Below, piece after piece: positions 25,018 through 35,157 of a DNA stretch of 64,000 nt. The notes under the pieces were generated by a model. The model was not told where the DNA came from, ran no database searches, and saw only the letters and a list, made by a program, of their open reading frames with translations. The DNA is from Candidatus Dormiibacterota bacterium. GTDB taxonomy: Bacteria; Chloroflexota; Dormibacteria; Aeolococcales; Aeolococcaceae. The stretch spans positions 2,672-66,671 of the forward strand of contig JBAUTG010000005.1 in NCBI GenBank assembly GCA_049582105.1, in the 5' to 3' direction. Positions within the stretch are counted from its first letter, which is position 1. Every line of letters begins with the position of its first letter. Position numbers and translations under genes: made by a program.

Positions 25018-26465
25018 CCGCGCGCGGCGCGTGGACGCGGCGCTCGTGCTTTGGATCGCGCTCGTCGGCGCGGCGCGGGGCTCGAAGCGCCGCCGGAGGC
25101 GGCGACCAGTTCCTGCAAACCCGCCTCGATGCCGTCTCGAAGCACGTCGATGTCCGACACCGTGTCGTAATCGCCCGTGATGCCGAAGAACAGGCGCCCG
25201 CAGTAGGAGAAGATCGCGATGCTGATCCGAACGCTGCCCATGATCGGCACATAGGGATACGAATAGAGCATCCGACGCCCCGCGACGTAGAGCGGATCCT
25301 GCGGACCGGGAACGTTCGTGGTCACCGTCTGGAGCGCCCGTTGCGGCGTCCGTGCCGCGAGCCGCGCGCCCATGGCGAGCAGCATCGGAGGCGCGAACCC
25401 GGCGAGGCGCACGAGTGCGTCACCCGCGACCGCCTGCTTGGAGCTCTTCAGCATCGAGAGCTGCTCGGAGATGGCGGCAAGACGTTCCACCGGGTCGTCG
25501 ATGGAGACCGGCAGACCCGGGAACATCGCCGACACCCGGTTGTTGAGGGTGCCCCGCTCGTGCTCCGCGCGAACGGAGACGGGGACGAGGGTGCGAACGA
25601 CACGATTCGAAAGGTCCTCGCCGCGATGCTCGAGCAGCGCTCGGAACCCGGCGGCGATCGACGCGAGCACCACGTCGTTGACCGTCCCGCCGAGCCCCGC
25701 GCGCACGACCTTGACGTCGTCGAGGCTCGCCTCAGCCCAACTCCAGCGCCGGTGCGGTCCGATCGGGCCGTTGAGCGACGTCGCGGACCGCTTTCCCCAG
25801 TCCGCGAGTGAGCGCACCAGCACCGCGGCATCCGTGAGCCGCGTCATCGGGGCGGCGGTGAGGTGCATGACACCGGTGACGTTGCGCAGGCTCCCGATCG
25901 GATCAGCCAGGGTCTCGAGGACGCCGCGTGCGGCGAGGGTCAGCCTTCCCGGCTCGGGGTCCGGAAGCCATTCCTCGGGAGGCTCGACCTCCTCGGACGC
26001 ATCGCTCGAGTCGAAGAGCACGGTGAGCAGGTCTGTGGCAGCGACGCCGTCGACCATGCAGTGATGGACCTTCGAGATGATGGCCCAGCGGCCGTCCTCG
26101 AGCCCTTCCACCATCCAGAGCTCCCAGAGCGGCTTGCTTCGGTCGAGGAGTTGCGCGAACACTCGACCGGCGAGGTTGCGAAGCTCGTCGCGGCCACCGG
26201 GAGGCGGGATCGCCGTATGCCGTATGTGGTACAGGATCTGGAAGTGCGGGTCGTCGACCCAGACGGGACGTCCGATCCCCCCAAGCGCGGTGCGCACCTT
26301 CTGGCGATACCGCGGAACCAGGGGCAACTTCGCGGCGATGAGGCGGACGAGGTCGCCGTAGGCCGGCACGGGACCGTCCAGCACCGCGACCGAGCCGATG
26401 TGCATGGGGTTGCTCCCATTCTCGACGTCGAGGAACACCGCATCCTGCACGCTCATCACGTCCAC
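24978..26465 (-). CDS. wax ester synthase / diacylglycerol O-acyltransferase (WS/DGAT)
   Basis: The active-site motif 'HHCMVDGVAATDL' (HHxxxDG) is present with the WS/DGAT N-terminal ('MHIGSVAVLDGPVP') and C-terminal domains. The basic R/A/P-rich C-terminal tail is probably disordered. Confidence 0.85.
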   Translation of the reverse strand: MDVMSVQDAVFLDVENGSNPMHIGSVAVLDGPVPAYGDLVRLIAAKLPLVPRYRQKVRTALGGIGRPVWVDDPHFQILYHIRHTAIPPPGGRDELRNLAGRVFAQLLDRSKPLWELWMVEGLEDGRWAIISKVHHCMVDGVAATDLLTVLFDSSDASEEVEPPEEWLPDPEPGRLTLAARGVLETLADPIGSLRNVTGVMHLTAAPMTRLTDAAVLVRSLADWGKRSATSLNGPIGPHRRWSWAEASLDDVKVVRAGLGGTVNDVVLASIAAGFRALLEHRGEDLSNRVVRTLVPVSVRAEHERGTLNNRVSAMFPGLPVSIDDPVERLAAISEQLSMLKSSKQAVAGDALVRLAGFAPPMLLAMGARLAARTPQRALQTVTTNVPGPQDPLYVAGRRMLYSYPYVPIMGSVRISIAIFSYCGRLFFGITGDYDTVSDIDVLRDGIEAGLQELVAASGGASSPAPRRRARSKARAPRPRAARGQAASAAPRSGKR

Positions 26466-26593
26466 GTCGTGTCGCTCCTCGTCAGCCGGACCGGCTGCAG
26501 TTGCTCGCGGAGAGGCCTCCGCGCTAGGGTTCGATCATCACCGATTACAGCAGAGAAAGCCACGCGCGTCGTGCGCCGAGGCGTGCCGCCACG

Positions 26594-27118
26594 GTGTTCA
26601 CCGTCGTCGCGTCGCTCGCCATGGTGGCATGCGGGCAACCGGCAGCACAGCCCGGCACGACCGCCGCGGAGCTCCGGGCCTATCTCGTTGCGGTGGAACC
26701 GATCCGGCTTGGGGTCAACCAGCTTCTCAACAACGCCGACCCGGTGCTCGAGGCGTATCGCGCGCACACGCTGACCGGCAAGGAGGCATCGGCGAAGATG
26801 GGCAGCCTCGAGGCGACGTTTGCGATGTACACCGTCGAGGTCAACGCGCTGCAGCCGTCCGACCCGGCGCTCGCCGGCATCGCCGCGCCGTATGCGCACA
26901 CGTTCATCCTCGAGGACTCGTATCTGAACGCGCTGGTGAACGGACTGGCAGAGGGGAGCTTCGACAGCCTCCCCAACACGCAGAACGATCAGCGCGCGGC
27001 GATCATCGAGTGGCGGGTGCAGCTCGAGATCCTCGCCGAACGGCTGCACGTCTCCCTGCCCTCGGATCTGCAGCAGGCCGGACGCGGCGAGATCGCACCG
27101 TCGATATCCGGGAGCTGA
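26594..27118 (+). CDS. hypothetical lipoprotein
   Basis: Its signal peptide has a lipobox-like 'LAMVAC' ('MFTVVASLAMVACGQP'). There is no recognisable domain. Confidence 0.45.
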   Translation: MFTVVASLAMVACGQPAAQPGTTAAELRAYLVAVEPIRLGVNQLLNNADPVLEAYRAHTLTGKEASAKMGSLEATFAMYTVEVNALQPSDPALAGIAAPYAHTFILEDSYLNALVNGLAEGSFDSLPNTQNDQRAAIIEWRVQLEILAERLHVSLPSDLQQAGRGEIAPSISGS

Positions 27119-27136
27119 CGCTCCGCAGTCCGGTTC

Positions 27137-27505
27137 CTAGCGCACCACAGCGGACTTGCCGGGTTTCGCGCTGCACGGCACGCAGAGCGCGGCCCACGGC
27201 ACAGCGTGCAGCCGCTCCTGCGGGATCTCACCGCCGCAGAGAATGCAGCGCCCATACGTCCCCGCGTCGAGCCGTTCCAGGGCCTGGTCGATCTCGCTCA
27301 CCGTGGCGTAGATCGTACGTGCCTGGTACGCGTCGGTCATGCGGTCCACCGCGTACGACGTGGCGTCGCCGATCCGTTTGCCGAACCCGAGGTTCGCCAC
27401 CTCGGCGGGATCGTGCTCGCCGAGTTGAGCGACCTTGGCGACGATCTCCGCGCGCTTCTCGAGCAGCACAGCCCGAACTTCGTCCGCCGCGGGGTCTGCA
27501 GTCAT
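27137..27505 (-). CDS. TraR/DksA family C4-type zinc-finger protein
   Basis: The C-terminus 'GRCILCGGEIPQERLHAVPWAALCVPC' is a Cx2C-x17-Cx2C motif preceded by a coiled-coil region. The start is ATG 27503-27505, 19 nt downstream of the adenylate cyclase gene stop on the same strand. Confidence 0.7.
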   Translation of the reverse strand: MTADPAADEVRAVLLEKRAEIVAKVAQLGEHDPAEVANLGFGKRIGDATSYAVDRMTDAYQARTIYATVSEIDQALERLDAGTYGRCILCGGEIPQERLHAVPWAALCVPCSAKPGKSAVVR

Positions 27506-27524
27506 CACATGGATACGCGTGACG

Positions 27525-30500
27525 CTACGCGGACGCCGCGAACAGAGCCTCGCCCTGGCGGATGTAACGCGTCGCGCCGACCGAGCGGTAGAAGGCGAGC
27601 GCACGCTGCAGTTCAATGTCTGCCTCGGCTCTGCGACCGCGTCCGATGAGTGACTCGGCGAGCACGAGCCGGTCCCGGGCTTCGTCGGTGACGGCTCCCA
27701 TCGACGCGTGGATGCCGGCCGCCGCGCCGAAGTCGCCTGATGCGAAGGCTCGCGCGGCGAGGACCCAGGGGATGTCACTCTGGACAGTGCATGCGAGCAG
27801 GTCCTCGCCGCGCCCAAGCTTGATCAGCGTCCACGCCAGCGCGTGCAGAGCGTCCGCGTAGACCAGGCTACTCCCCGGCGTGCGGAGGTTCTCGAGCAGC
27901 TCGTCGGCGAGCGCGCCGGCGCGCTCGGCGTCCCCGCACTCGAGGAAGATCTGCCCTGCGGCCGCCAGCGCCGGGTAAAGGATCTGCCGATCCTTCGCAA
28001 GCCGCGCGAGCGCGAGCGATTGCTCCGCATCGCGCAGCGCACCCGGTGCGTCGTCGCGACCGAGGCGGATCTCGGCGCGGATCATGTAACCGTCGGCGGC
28101 AAGGTAGTGAGGCGAACCGGCCTCAACGTCCGCAAGGAAATGCTCAGCGCTCGTGTGCGCAGCATCCCAGTCACCCAATGCGTAGCAGCTGTGCCCCATG
28201 CTTGCCTGCAACCAGGTGACGAAACGGCTCAGGCCGTATCGAGTGGCGATCACCACGGCTTCGGCAACGACGACCATCGTGCGTTCGAGGTTGCCATTGG
28301 TCCACAGGACTGACGCGAGATTCGATCGCGAGCGGCTGCCCTCCAGCGCAAGCTCGTTCTGCTCGGCGATGCTCACCGCCAACTCGAGATCTGCGATTCC
28401 ACCCAGGTCACCGTGATTGCCACGCGCTGCGCCAATGTTGTTCAGCGCGTGGACGCGTACCTCGTCGAGTCCAAGAAAATCGGCCATTTCGAGTGCGGAG
28501 CGCCCGATGCGGATCGCTTCCTCGTCCTCGCCAGCGAGCATGAGGTATCGCGACACAGTGCTCGTCACGTGCGCCTTGACGCGCGTCGTCTCGCCCGCCT
28601 CGACCAGCTCGCGCGCTCGTGTGAGATGCGCGAAGGCCCGACTGGCATCACCCTTCACCCAGATGGCCTCGGTGAGGAGAACCTCAGCCTCGGCCGCGGT
28701 CGCGCTGTCACCGCACTCGACAAGCGCGGCGCTCGCCGCCGTCAGCATCTCCTCATCCTGTTCGCCGGCCTGGTATCGCGATCGGCCGAGTACGAACAGC
28801 AGGCGAGCGCGATCATGTGAATCGGGCGCGGCGAGGTCGAGTGCCGAAGCGTAGAAGCTGCTCGCCTTCGACCAGGCGTTGAGCGAGTAGGCTCGGTCAC
28901 CTGCGTCGCGCACGCTGTCCAGGGCACGTGCTGCGAAACTCGCGTCGACCTTGCCGCCCGTTGCGCGGTCCAGTTCGAGTGCGCTCATGTAATGGTGCGC
29001 GAGCATCTCGGCATGATCCTCGGTACGTCCGAGTGACCCGATCCACGCGGCGGCGAGGCGATGCTTCTCAGCGCGTTCGCCACGCGGGATCTGGCCGTAT
29101 GCGACATCACGCACGAGCACGTGGAGAAACGCGTACTCCGCCTCGCCGGCCACCGACGAACGCCGCGCGCGTTGCACGAAATCCTTGCGCTCGAGGGCGT
29201 GGAGACGCAGTTCCGCGGTACGGCGATCGAGTCCGACGGCCACCGCGCCCAGCCAGAACACCTTACCGAGCACCGACGCATCCTGAAGGAGTCGCTTCTC
29301 GTCCGAAGTCAGCGCATCGAGACGCGCGGCGATGATGCCCTGCACCGTTTCCGGCAAAGGCAGGTCTTCCGCGTCACCGCGCTCCGCGAGCATCCGAACG
29401 TACTGCTCCGCATACAGTGGGTTGCCGCCTGCGCGCAGCAGCAGGGCCTGATGCGCTTCCGCGGCCATCACCGGTCGCTCGCTCAGGCTGCTGATGAGCC
29501 GCGATGTCTCGTCGTCGGTGAGCGGCGCCAGCGAGAGCCTGATGGCGTTGCGCGTCGTTCCCGCCCAGCCGGGACGGCGTTCCAGGAGCTCCGGCCTGGT
29601 GCTGCACACGACCAGCATCGGCACGCCACCCGCCCAGTCCACGAGGTGCTCGACAAAGTCGAGCAGGTTGTCGTCCGCCCAGTGCAGGTCCTCGAACACC
29701 AGCACGAGTGGGTTCTGCTCTGCGAGTGCCTCGAAGAAGCGCCGCCAGGCGGTGAACGCCTCCTCGCGCCGGTCGCCGGTCACGTCAGCTCCGGTGCTGA
29801 CGCCGGCCAGAGGACGTAGGTGACCGGAGATCCACTTGGCGTCGGCGGGATCGGCGATCAGCGCCGCAACTGCGGCGTCGAGCCGTTGCTCGGCCTCCGC
29901 CTCAGTGTGTGTTTCGAGGATGCCGGCCTGCGCCTTGACCATTTCGGCGAGCGCCCAGAACGTCACGCCGTCGCCGTAGGGGAGCGACCGTCCCTGCCTC
30001 CAGATCACGAACGTCTCCGGGTCGGCGTCGACTCTCTGAAAGAGCTCGGCGACCAGCCGGCTCTTGCCGATGCCGGGAACACCGACCAGCGTGACGAGCT
30101 GAGGCGACCGTTCGCGCTGGACACGAGCAAGCGCCTCGGTGAGCACGAGCGACTCCTGCAGCCGCCCCACGAGCGGCGAGCGATTGGCAGCGAAGAGGTC
30201 AACACCCATCCGCGAGCGTGCCTCAACGACCTCCCATGCCTTCACGGGCTCTGTCTTGCCCTTCGCTGCAACGGGCATCGCCTCCCGGTACGAGATGGAG
30301 TTCGACGTAGCCCGGTACGTGGTCTCCCCGACGAGGATGCCGTTGACCGGTGCCGCCGTCTGCAGCCGCGCCGTCGTGTTGACGACATCGCCCGAAGCCA
30401 TCCCCTCACCGTGAGTCGGCTGGGCGCCGAGCGAAACCAGCGCCTCACCGGTGTTAACGGCGATGCGCAGTTGCAGGTCCGCCTCCTGCTCCTGCACCCA

Positions 30501-30896
30501 GTCACGGATAGCGAGAGCCGCGCGCACCGCTCGCTCCGGGTCGTCCTCGTGCGCGACGGGCGCACCGAAGAGCGCCATCACCGCGTCGCCGATGAACTTC
30601 TCGACGGTGCCGCCGAAACGCTCCAGCTCGGTGCGGAGCTTCGTGTAGTACGGCGAGAGCAGCGCCCGGACGTCCTCGGGATCGAGGCGTTCGGACCGTG
30701 ACGTGAAGCCGACCAGGTCGGCGAAGAGCACGGTGACCACCTTTCGCTCCTCGCGCGGACGCGCGGCACTCTCGGTCATCACCGCACCGCATTCGGAGCA
30801 GAACTTCGCCTGCGCCTGGTTCTCGTGTCCGCAGGCTGGGCAGCGACTCACCACGCGAAGCGTACGCCCGACGCGAGCCGGTGTCCGGCCACGCAC
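27525..30896 (-). CDS. adenylate/guanylate cyclase fused to a STAND (AAA/NB-ARC-like) NTPase and TPR repeats, with an N-terminal double zinc ribbon
   Basis: The zinc ribbon is 'CPACGHENQAQAKFCSECG'. The class III cyclase core is 'VLFADLVGFT...FIGDAVMALFG'. The P-loop is 'LVGVPGIGKSRL'. The C-terminal half is TPR-like. Confidence 0.85.
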   Translation of the reverse strand: MRGRTPARVGRTLRVVSRCPACGHENQAQAKFCSECGAVMTESAARPREERKVVTVLFADLVGFTSRSERLDPEDVRALLSPYYTKLRTELERFGGTVEKFIGDAVMALFGAPVAHEDDPERAVRAALAIRDWVQEQEADLQLRIAVNTGEALVSLGAQPTHGEGMASGDVVNTTARLQTAAPVNGILVGETTYRATSNSISYREAMPVAAKGKTEPVKAWEVVEARSRMGVDLFAANRSPLVGRLQESLVLTEALARVQRERSPQLVTLVGVPGIGKSRLVAELFQRVDADPETFVIWRQGRSLPYGDGVTFWALAEMVKAQAGILETHTEAEAEQRLDAAVAALIADPADAKWISGHLRPLAGVSTGADVTGDRREEAFTAWRRFFEALAEQNPLVLVFEDLHWADDNLLDFVEHLVDWAGGVPMLVVCSTRPELLERRPGWAGTTRNAIRLSLAPLTDDETSRLISSLSERPVMAAEAHQALLLRAGGNPLYAEQYVRMLAERGDAEDLPLPETVQGIIAARLDALTSDEKRLLQDASVLGKVFWLGAVAVGLDRRTAELRLHALERKDFVQRARRSSVAGEAEYAFLHVLVRDVAYGQIPRGERAEKHRLAAAWIGSLGRTEDHAEMLAHHYMSALELDRATGGKVDASFAARALDSVRDAGDRAYSLNAWSKASSFYASALDLAAPDSHDRARLLFVLGRSRYQAGEQDEEMLTAASAALVECGDSATAAEAEVLLTEAIWVKGDASRAFAHLTRARELVEAGETTRVKAHVTSTVSRYLMLAGEDEEAIRIGRSALEMADFLGLDEVRVHALNNIGAARGNHGDLGGIADLELAVSIAEQNELALEGSRSRSNLASVLWTNGNLERTMVVVAEAVVIATRYGLSRFVTWLQASMGHSCYALGDWDAAHTSAEHFLADVEAGSPHYLAADGYMIRAEIRLGRDDAPGALRDAEQSLALARLAKDRQILYPALAAAGQIFLECGDAERAGALADELLENLRTPGSSLVYADALHALAWTLIKLGRGEDLLACTVQSDIPWVLAARAFASGDFGAAAGIHASMGAVTDEARDRLVLAESLIGRGRRAEADIELQRALAFYRSVGATRYIRQGEALFAASA

Positions 30897-30929
30897 ATCG
30901 CGGTGGCCGGCCTCCAGACGCCGTGCGGC

Positions 30930-31406
30930 CTACGTGGTGAACGCTCCGGCGAAGTCCTGCAGGATCCCCGACCAGCCGTTCTTCGAGGAGACGTCCCTGA
31001 GGACGTTTTCCCAGGTGTCGCCGAGCCCGTCGAGCCCGCGGTGCTCGAACTCGACCCGCGTGACCGTCTCACCCTCCGCGATGAAGCGGACGTCGACCGT
31101 GGCAGGCTTCTCGAGATCCGGATCGACCTCCCATTCCGAGTTGATCTGCCATGAGAGCGTGACCCGGTGCGGCGGCTCCCAGGCGAGCACACGTCCCCAG
31201 TCGCATTCGGACCCGTCCACCCTCCGCTCGAACCAGCGGCCGCCGACGCCCGCCTCCATCGTGACCGAAACCAGGTCGACCGGCCCGATGTGATGGACAC
31301 GCGGCCACCACGTGTCGAACCCCGCGGTGAAGACGGTGAAAGCGCGCTCGATCGGCGCCTTCACCGTGATCGAGGTACGGAATGCAGTCTCCGTGTTGGT
31401 GGTCAT
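30930..31406 (-). CDS. SRPBCC superfamily protein (AHSA1/Aha1-like)
   Basis: It contains 'TSITVKAPIERAFTVFTAGFDTWWP...GGRW', typical of activator-of-Hsp90-ATPase-like SRPBCC proteins. It is paired with an ArsR regulator. Confidence 0.7.
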   Translation of the reverse strand: MTTNTETAFRTSITVKAPIERAFTVFTAGFDTWWPRVHHIGPVDLVSVTMEAGVGGRWFERRVDGSECDWGRVLAWEPPHRVTLSWQINSEWEVDPDLEKPATVDVRFIAEGETVTRVEFEHRGLDGLGDTWENVLRDVSSKNGWSGILQDFAGAFTT

Positions 31407-31720
31407 GTCGGCACCTCCTTTCTCTCAGCCGCTTCTGCGAATGCTGCCAGCGCCGCCGTCCAGACGCCCTCCACCCACGCACGGATCTCCTTCACCCCTG
31501 CCGGGTCGATCTCGTAGAGACGCCGGGTTCCCGACGGCCGGTCCACGACGAGCCCAGCCGCCTTGAGCACTCGAAGGTGCTGCGAGACAGCCGGCCTGCT
31601 GATCGGCAGGCGCGCCGCCAGCCTGCCGACGGGCATGGGGCCGTTTGCGAGCGCTTCGAAGATCCCGCGACGGGTGGGATCCCCGAGTGCGTCGAGGAGG
31701 CTCGATTGGTTCGTCATCAC
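31403..31720 (-). CDS. ArsR/SmtB family transcriptional regulator
   Basis: It has the winged HTH 'LGDPTRRGIFEALANGPMPVGRLAARLPISRPAVSQHLRVLKAAGLV'. Confidence 0.85.
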   Translation of the reverse strand: MMTNQSSLLDALGDPTRRGIFEALANGPMPVGRLAARLPISRPAVSQHLRVLKAAGLVVDRPSGTRRLYEIDPAGVKEIRAWVEGVWTAALAAFAEAAERKEVPT

Positions 31721-31849
31721 TTACCGTAAGGTATTGCTTACGCTCTGCTCCTGTCAACTTCGCGGCGCCGGTCACCGCTCCCTGAACCGCCCGCCTGGAG
31801 CGCTGAATATGGCGAATCTCCGCGAGAAAGCGACCATTCCGTTGTCAGC

Positions 31850-34393
31850 GTGCCGTCCTGGACGCAGCACACTCATCCGGTGCGTGCCCTCGCTGCCGAT
31901 CCGCGCCTTGACGTCCTGACGCAACTCGGACATCGCCTGCCGCGCACGCGGAGCCCCGAGGAGGCGGCTCATGAAGTGACCGCCGCGCTCGGCGCGCTCC
32001 AGCTGGCTGCGGTCGTGAGCGCCGTCGAATCCGACATCGCCGTGCTGATGTCGGTGAACATCCCGACCAGCCTCCAGCCGCGGCTGTCGCGGGAGATGGC
32101 GGCGAGCGTGATTGGGATGCGGCTCCCCCTCGATGGAGTCGAGTCACTCCGCCAGCCGGTTCGGCTTCGCCGCGTCTACTACGGTCCGGCATCCGTCTCC
32201 GAGACGCTCCGCCGCCTGACCACCGACTCTGCGCTGGCCAAAACGCTTCCCAATGCGAACGACGAGCGCAATGTGCTCTCGGTGCCGGTCACCTGTCGCG
32301 ACCGCGTCGTCGCGGTGCTCATTGTTTTCGGTTCGGGGTGCAGCCCCGCGCTCGGCCCGGTGCTCGAGGTCGTGGCCGCGATGCTCGCCGCGGCATGGTC
32401 GAGCGGGGCGCAGCCTGCGTTCGGGCGATTCGACGCGCCTGTCTCGGCCACCCCCGACCCGGAGTTGCGCGCCATCATCGATCAGCTCCTGGCCGGAGGC
32501 AGCATCGTGTCGGCGTTGCAGCCGATCGTCCGCCTCAACAACGAGACGGTCATCGGCTACGAAGCGCTCGCCCGCTACCCACCACGTGCCCGGATCGGGA
32601 CCCCCGACGAGCTGTTCGCCTCTGCGGCGACGCTCGGAATGCAATCGGCAGTGGACCTCGCGTGCGTGAGCGCCGCCCTGCATGCTGCGGCAAACATCGG
32701 CGAGGCCGATCTCTTCGTCAACGTCCTGATCGGCACACTCGTCGACCAGCGCGGCGTCGCCGCGCTTGACAAGGCCGTTCGCGACGCACGGGTTGATCCC
32801 ACATCGATCGTCCTCGAGTTCAGTGAGCGCGAACCGGTGCCGGATCTCGCGCTGCTCCAGCGCATTGCCGCGGAGCTCCGCGCTCGCGGTTTCCGCATCG
32901 CGGTCGACGACGCCGGTGCCGGCCACGCGAGCATGCGCGTCATCGCCGAGCTCCGACCGGAGTTCATCAAGGTCGACCGATCGCTGATCCAGGCGGTCGA
33001 CTCGGACCGCGCCCGCCGGGCACTCGTGGTCGCGATGCTCTCCTTCAGCGGCCACATCGGTGCCCGCGTCATCGCCGAGGGCATCGAGACGGTGCGCGAA
33101 CGCGAGACGCTGCAGTCGCTCGGCGTGCAGTTCGGACAGGGATGGCTGCTCGGCCGGCCCGTTCTCATGCACGAGCTCGAGGGCAACAGGGAGGAGGTTG
33201 TCGATCCCACCTGGTTCGCGCGCCGTCAGGTCTCGCCGACTCGCGTCGGCACGGCAGCAACTGATGCGCCGGAACCCGAAGTGTTCCGGGAGGAGCCGGT
33301 CCAGGCAAGACCCGCGCGGCGTGGACTCGCCCGGGCACTGAGCGACGCCGCACTTGCACTCCAGAGTGAGCACGATCCCATGCGAATCCTGGGGGTGATG
33401 GCCGATCAGATGAGCCGTGTGATCCAGGTCACCGAGATGGCGATCTTCGTCGCCGACTACGAGACGTTCCGCCTCGTCCCTGTGCTGGCCACGGGTCCCG
33501 ATCGCGACGAGATCCTTGCCGACAGCATGTCGCTCGATGCCGGCATCACCGGGTGGGCGTTCGCGAGAGGGACTCCGCAGAACATCCCCGACACGTCGAA
33601 GCATCCACTCGCTCGTCAGATCCCCGGGACGGCATACGTCGAGGAATCGCTCCTGCTCGTGCCACTTGTGGCGACCGAGCACAAGCTCGGCATCATCAAC
33701 TGCTGGCGCCTCGGCGTTGCGCAGTTCAGCGATCGCGAGCTCGAGGCGGCTTCATTGTTCGCTCACGTTGCCGCGTCGGCGTGGCGGAACGCGCAGCTCT
33801 ACGTCGAGCTCGTCAACGCCGCCATGACCGATCCGCTGACACGTCTGTACAACAGCCGCTGGCTGCACGACACCGGCGAGCGCGACCTGGCGCGAGCGGA
33901 ACGCGAGTGCAAGCCGCTGTCGCTCCTGCTCGTCGACCTCGATCACTTCAAAGCGGTGAACGACAGCAGCGGCCACGCCATCGGGGATCTGCTGCTCCAG
34001 CGAGTCGCGACGCAATTGCGTACCACTGTGCGCGGCACCGATGCAGTCGTGCGTCTCGGCGGTGAGGAGTTCGTCGTGCTGCTCCACGAATGCACGACCG
34101 AGTCGGCGATGGCGGTGTCCGAGGCGGTGCGTGCGGCAGTCCGCGACGTCACGATGCCGGAGGGCTGCAGCCTTGGTCAGCTGACAGCGTCGGTCGGTGT
34201 CGCGACCTACCCCGACCACGGTCGCGACCTCGATCAGCTGCTCGGCGCGGCAGACCGCGCCATGTACGCGGCCAAGCACGAGGGCCGGGACCGGACGGTT
34301 CGCGCGCTGCCGATGGCAGGCGCCGGAAAGATCATCCCGCTGCCCCGCCGGCGGGCTCCTCGCGGAAGCCCGAAGCTCGTCTCCAGGAGCTGA
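31850..34393 (+). CDS. multidomain c-di-GMP turnover protein: GAF-like, EAL, GAF, GGDEF
   Basis: The EAL domain has 'QPIVRLNNETVIGYEALARY', 'EFSERE', 'DDAGAGHAS', 'EGIET' and 'QGWLLGRP'. A second GAF follows ('INCWRLG'). The GGDEF domain has 'DLDHFKAVND...RLGGEEFVVLL'. Confidence 0.85.
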   Translation: MPSWTQHTHPVRALAADPRLDVLTQLGHRLPRTRSPEEAAHEVTAALGALQLAAVVSAVESDIAVLMSVNIPTSLQPRLSREMAASVIGMRLPLDGVESLRQPVRLRRVYYGPASVSETLRRLTTDSALAKTLPNANDERNVLSVPVTCRDRVVAVLIVFGSGCSPALGPVLEVVAAMLAAAWSSGAQPAFGRFDAPVSATPDPELRAIIDQLLAGGSIVSALQPIVRLNNETVIGYEALARYPPRARIGTPDELFASAATLGMQSAVDLACVSAALHAAANIGEADLFVNVLIGTLVDQRGVAALDKAVRDARVDPTSIVLEFSEREPVPDLALLQRIAAELRARGFRIAVDDAGAGHASMRVIAELRPEFIKVDRSLIQAVDSDRARRALVVAMLSFSGHIGARVIAEGIETVRERETLQSLGVQFGQGWLLGRPVLMHELEGNREEVVDPTWFARRQVSPTRVGTAATDAPEPEVFREEPVQARPARRGLARALSDAALALQSEHDPMRILGVMADQMSRVIQVTEMAIFVADYETFRLVPVLATGPDRDEILADSMSLDAGITGWAFARGTPQNIPDTSKHPLARQIPGTAYVEESLLLVPLVATEHKLGIINCWRLGVAQFSDRELEAASLFAHVAASAWRNAQLYVELVNAAMTDPLTRLYNSRWLHDTGERDLARAERECKPLSLLLVDLDHFKAVNDSSGHAIGDLLLQRVATQLRTTVRGTDAVVRLGGEEFVVLLHECTTESAMAVSEAVRAAVRDVTMPEGCSLGQLTASVGVATYPDHGRDLDQLLGAADRAMYAAKHEGRDRTVRALPMAGAGKIIPLPRRRAPRGSPKLVSRS

Positions 34394-34395
34394 CC

Positions 34396-35157
34396 TCAGG
34401 GGATGTCCCGGCGGATCGTGAAGATCCACCCGGAGACCGCGAAGAGCAATCCCCACGCGACCAGCACGACGCCTCCGACCCAGGGGTCGAGCAAGGTCGA
34501 GCCCGGCCGCCCACCACCGGTGATCGCACTGGCGGCGGCGCCCGGCAGGTATGGGTAGACGTTCTTGACGACAGGGATGATCTGGATCAGCGGCTCGATC
34601 ACGAAGAGATACGCGAGCGCCGCGATCACCGCGGCGATCTGATTGCGGACGAGCACGCCGATCCCGATGCCGACAACGGCGAAGATGGCGATGACGACGA
34701 TCGCGCTGAGCAGCGATTCGAGGACTCCACCGCCGATCCACTGGATCGTGACCCCCTTTGCGCTGAGCCACGGCACCATGATCGCGACTGCGGTCGCAGC
34801 ACAGACAACGCCATAGACGATCCCGACCAGTGCGGCGACCATCATCTTGGCGACGATCACCAGGCCGCGCCTCGGCTCGATCAGGAACGTCGGGCGCGAC
34901 GTGAAGTGACGGAACTCGATCGTGATCAGGATGATCCCCACCACGATCGAGAAGAGATAGGCACTCGCCGCGGACGCTGCGATCGACTTCTGCGTTGCGG
35001 CGTCGCTCAACGGGAGCGCGACGCTGCCGCGCACCCCGTTGCTCGCGATGAGCGCGACGACGCCGAGCGAGGTCAGCGCCATCGCGCCAAGCAACATCCC
35101 CCACCAGAGCTTCGTCGTCAGCACCTTGCGCCACTCGGCGCGGAGCAGATTGGTCAC
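34396..35157 (-). CDS. ABC-2 family transporter permease
   Basis: It is a six-TM protein ('LWWGMLLGAMALTSLGVVALIAS...'), with its start overlapping the upstream ATPase gene stop. Confidence 0.75.
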   Translation of the reverse strand: MTNLLRAEWRKVLTTKLWWGMLLGAMALTSLGVVALIASNGVRGSVALPLSDAATQKSIAASAASAYLFSIVVGIILITIEFRHFTSRPTFLIEPRRGLVIVAKMMVAALVGIVYGVVCAATAVAIMVPWLSAKGVTIQWIGGGVLESLLSAIVVIAIFAVVGIGIGVLVRNQIAAVIAALAYLFVIEPLIQIIPVVKNVYPYLPGAAASAITGGGRPGSTLLDPWVGGVVLVAWGLLFAVSGWIFTIRRDIP

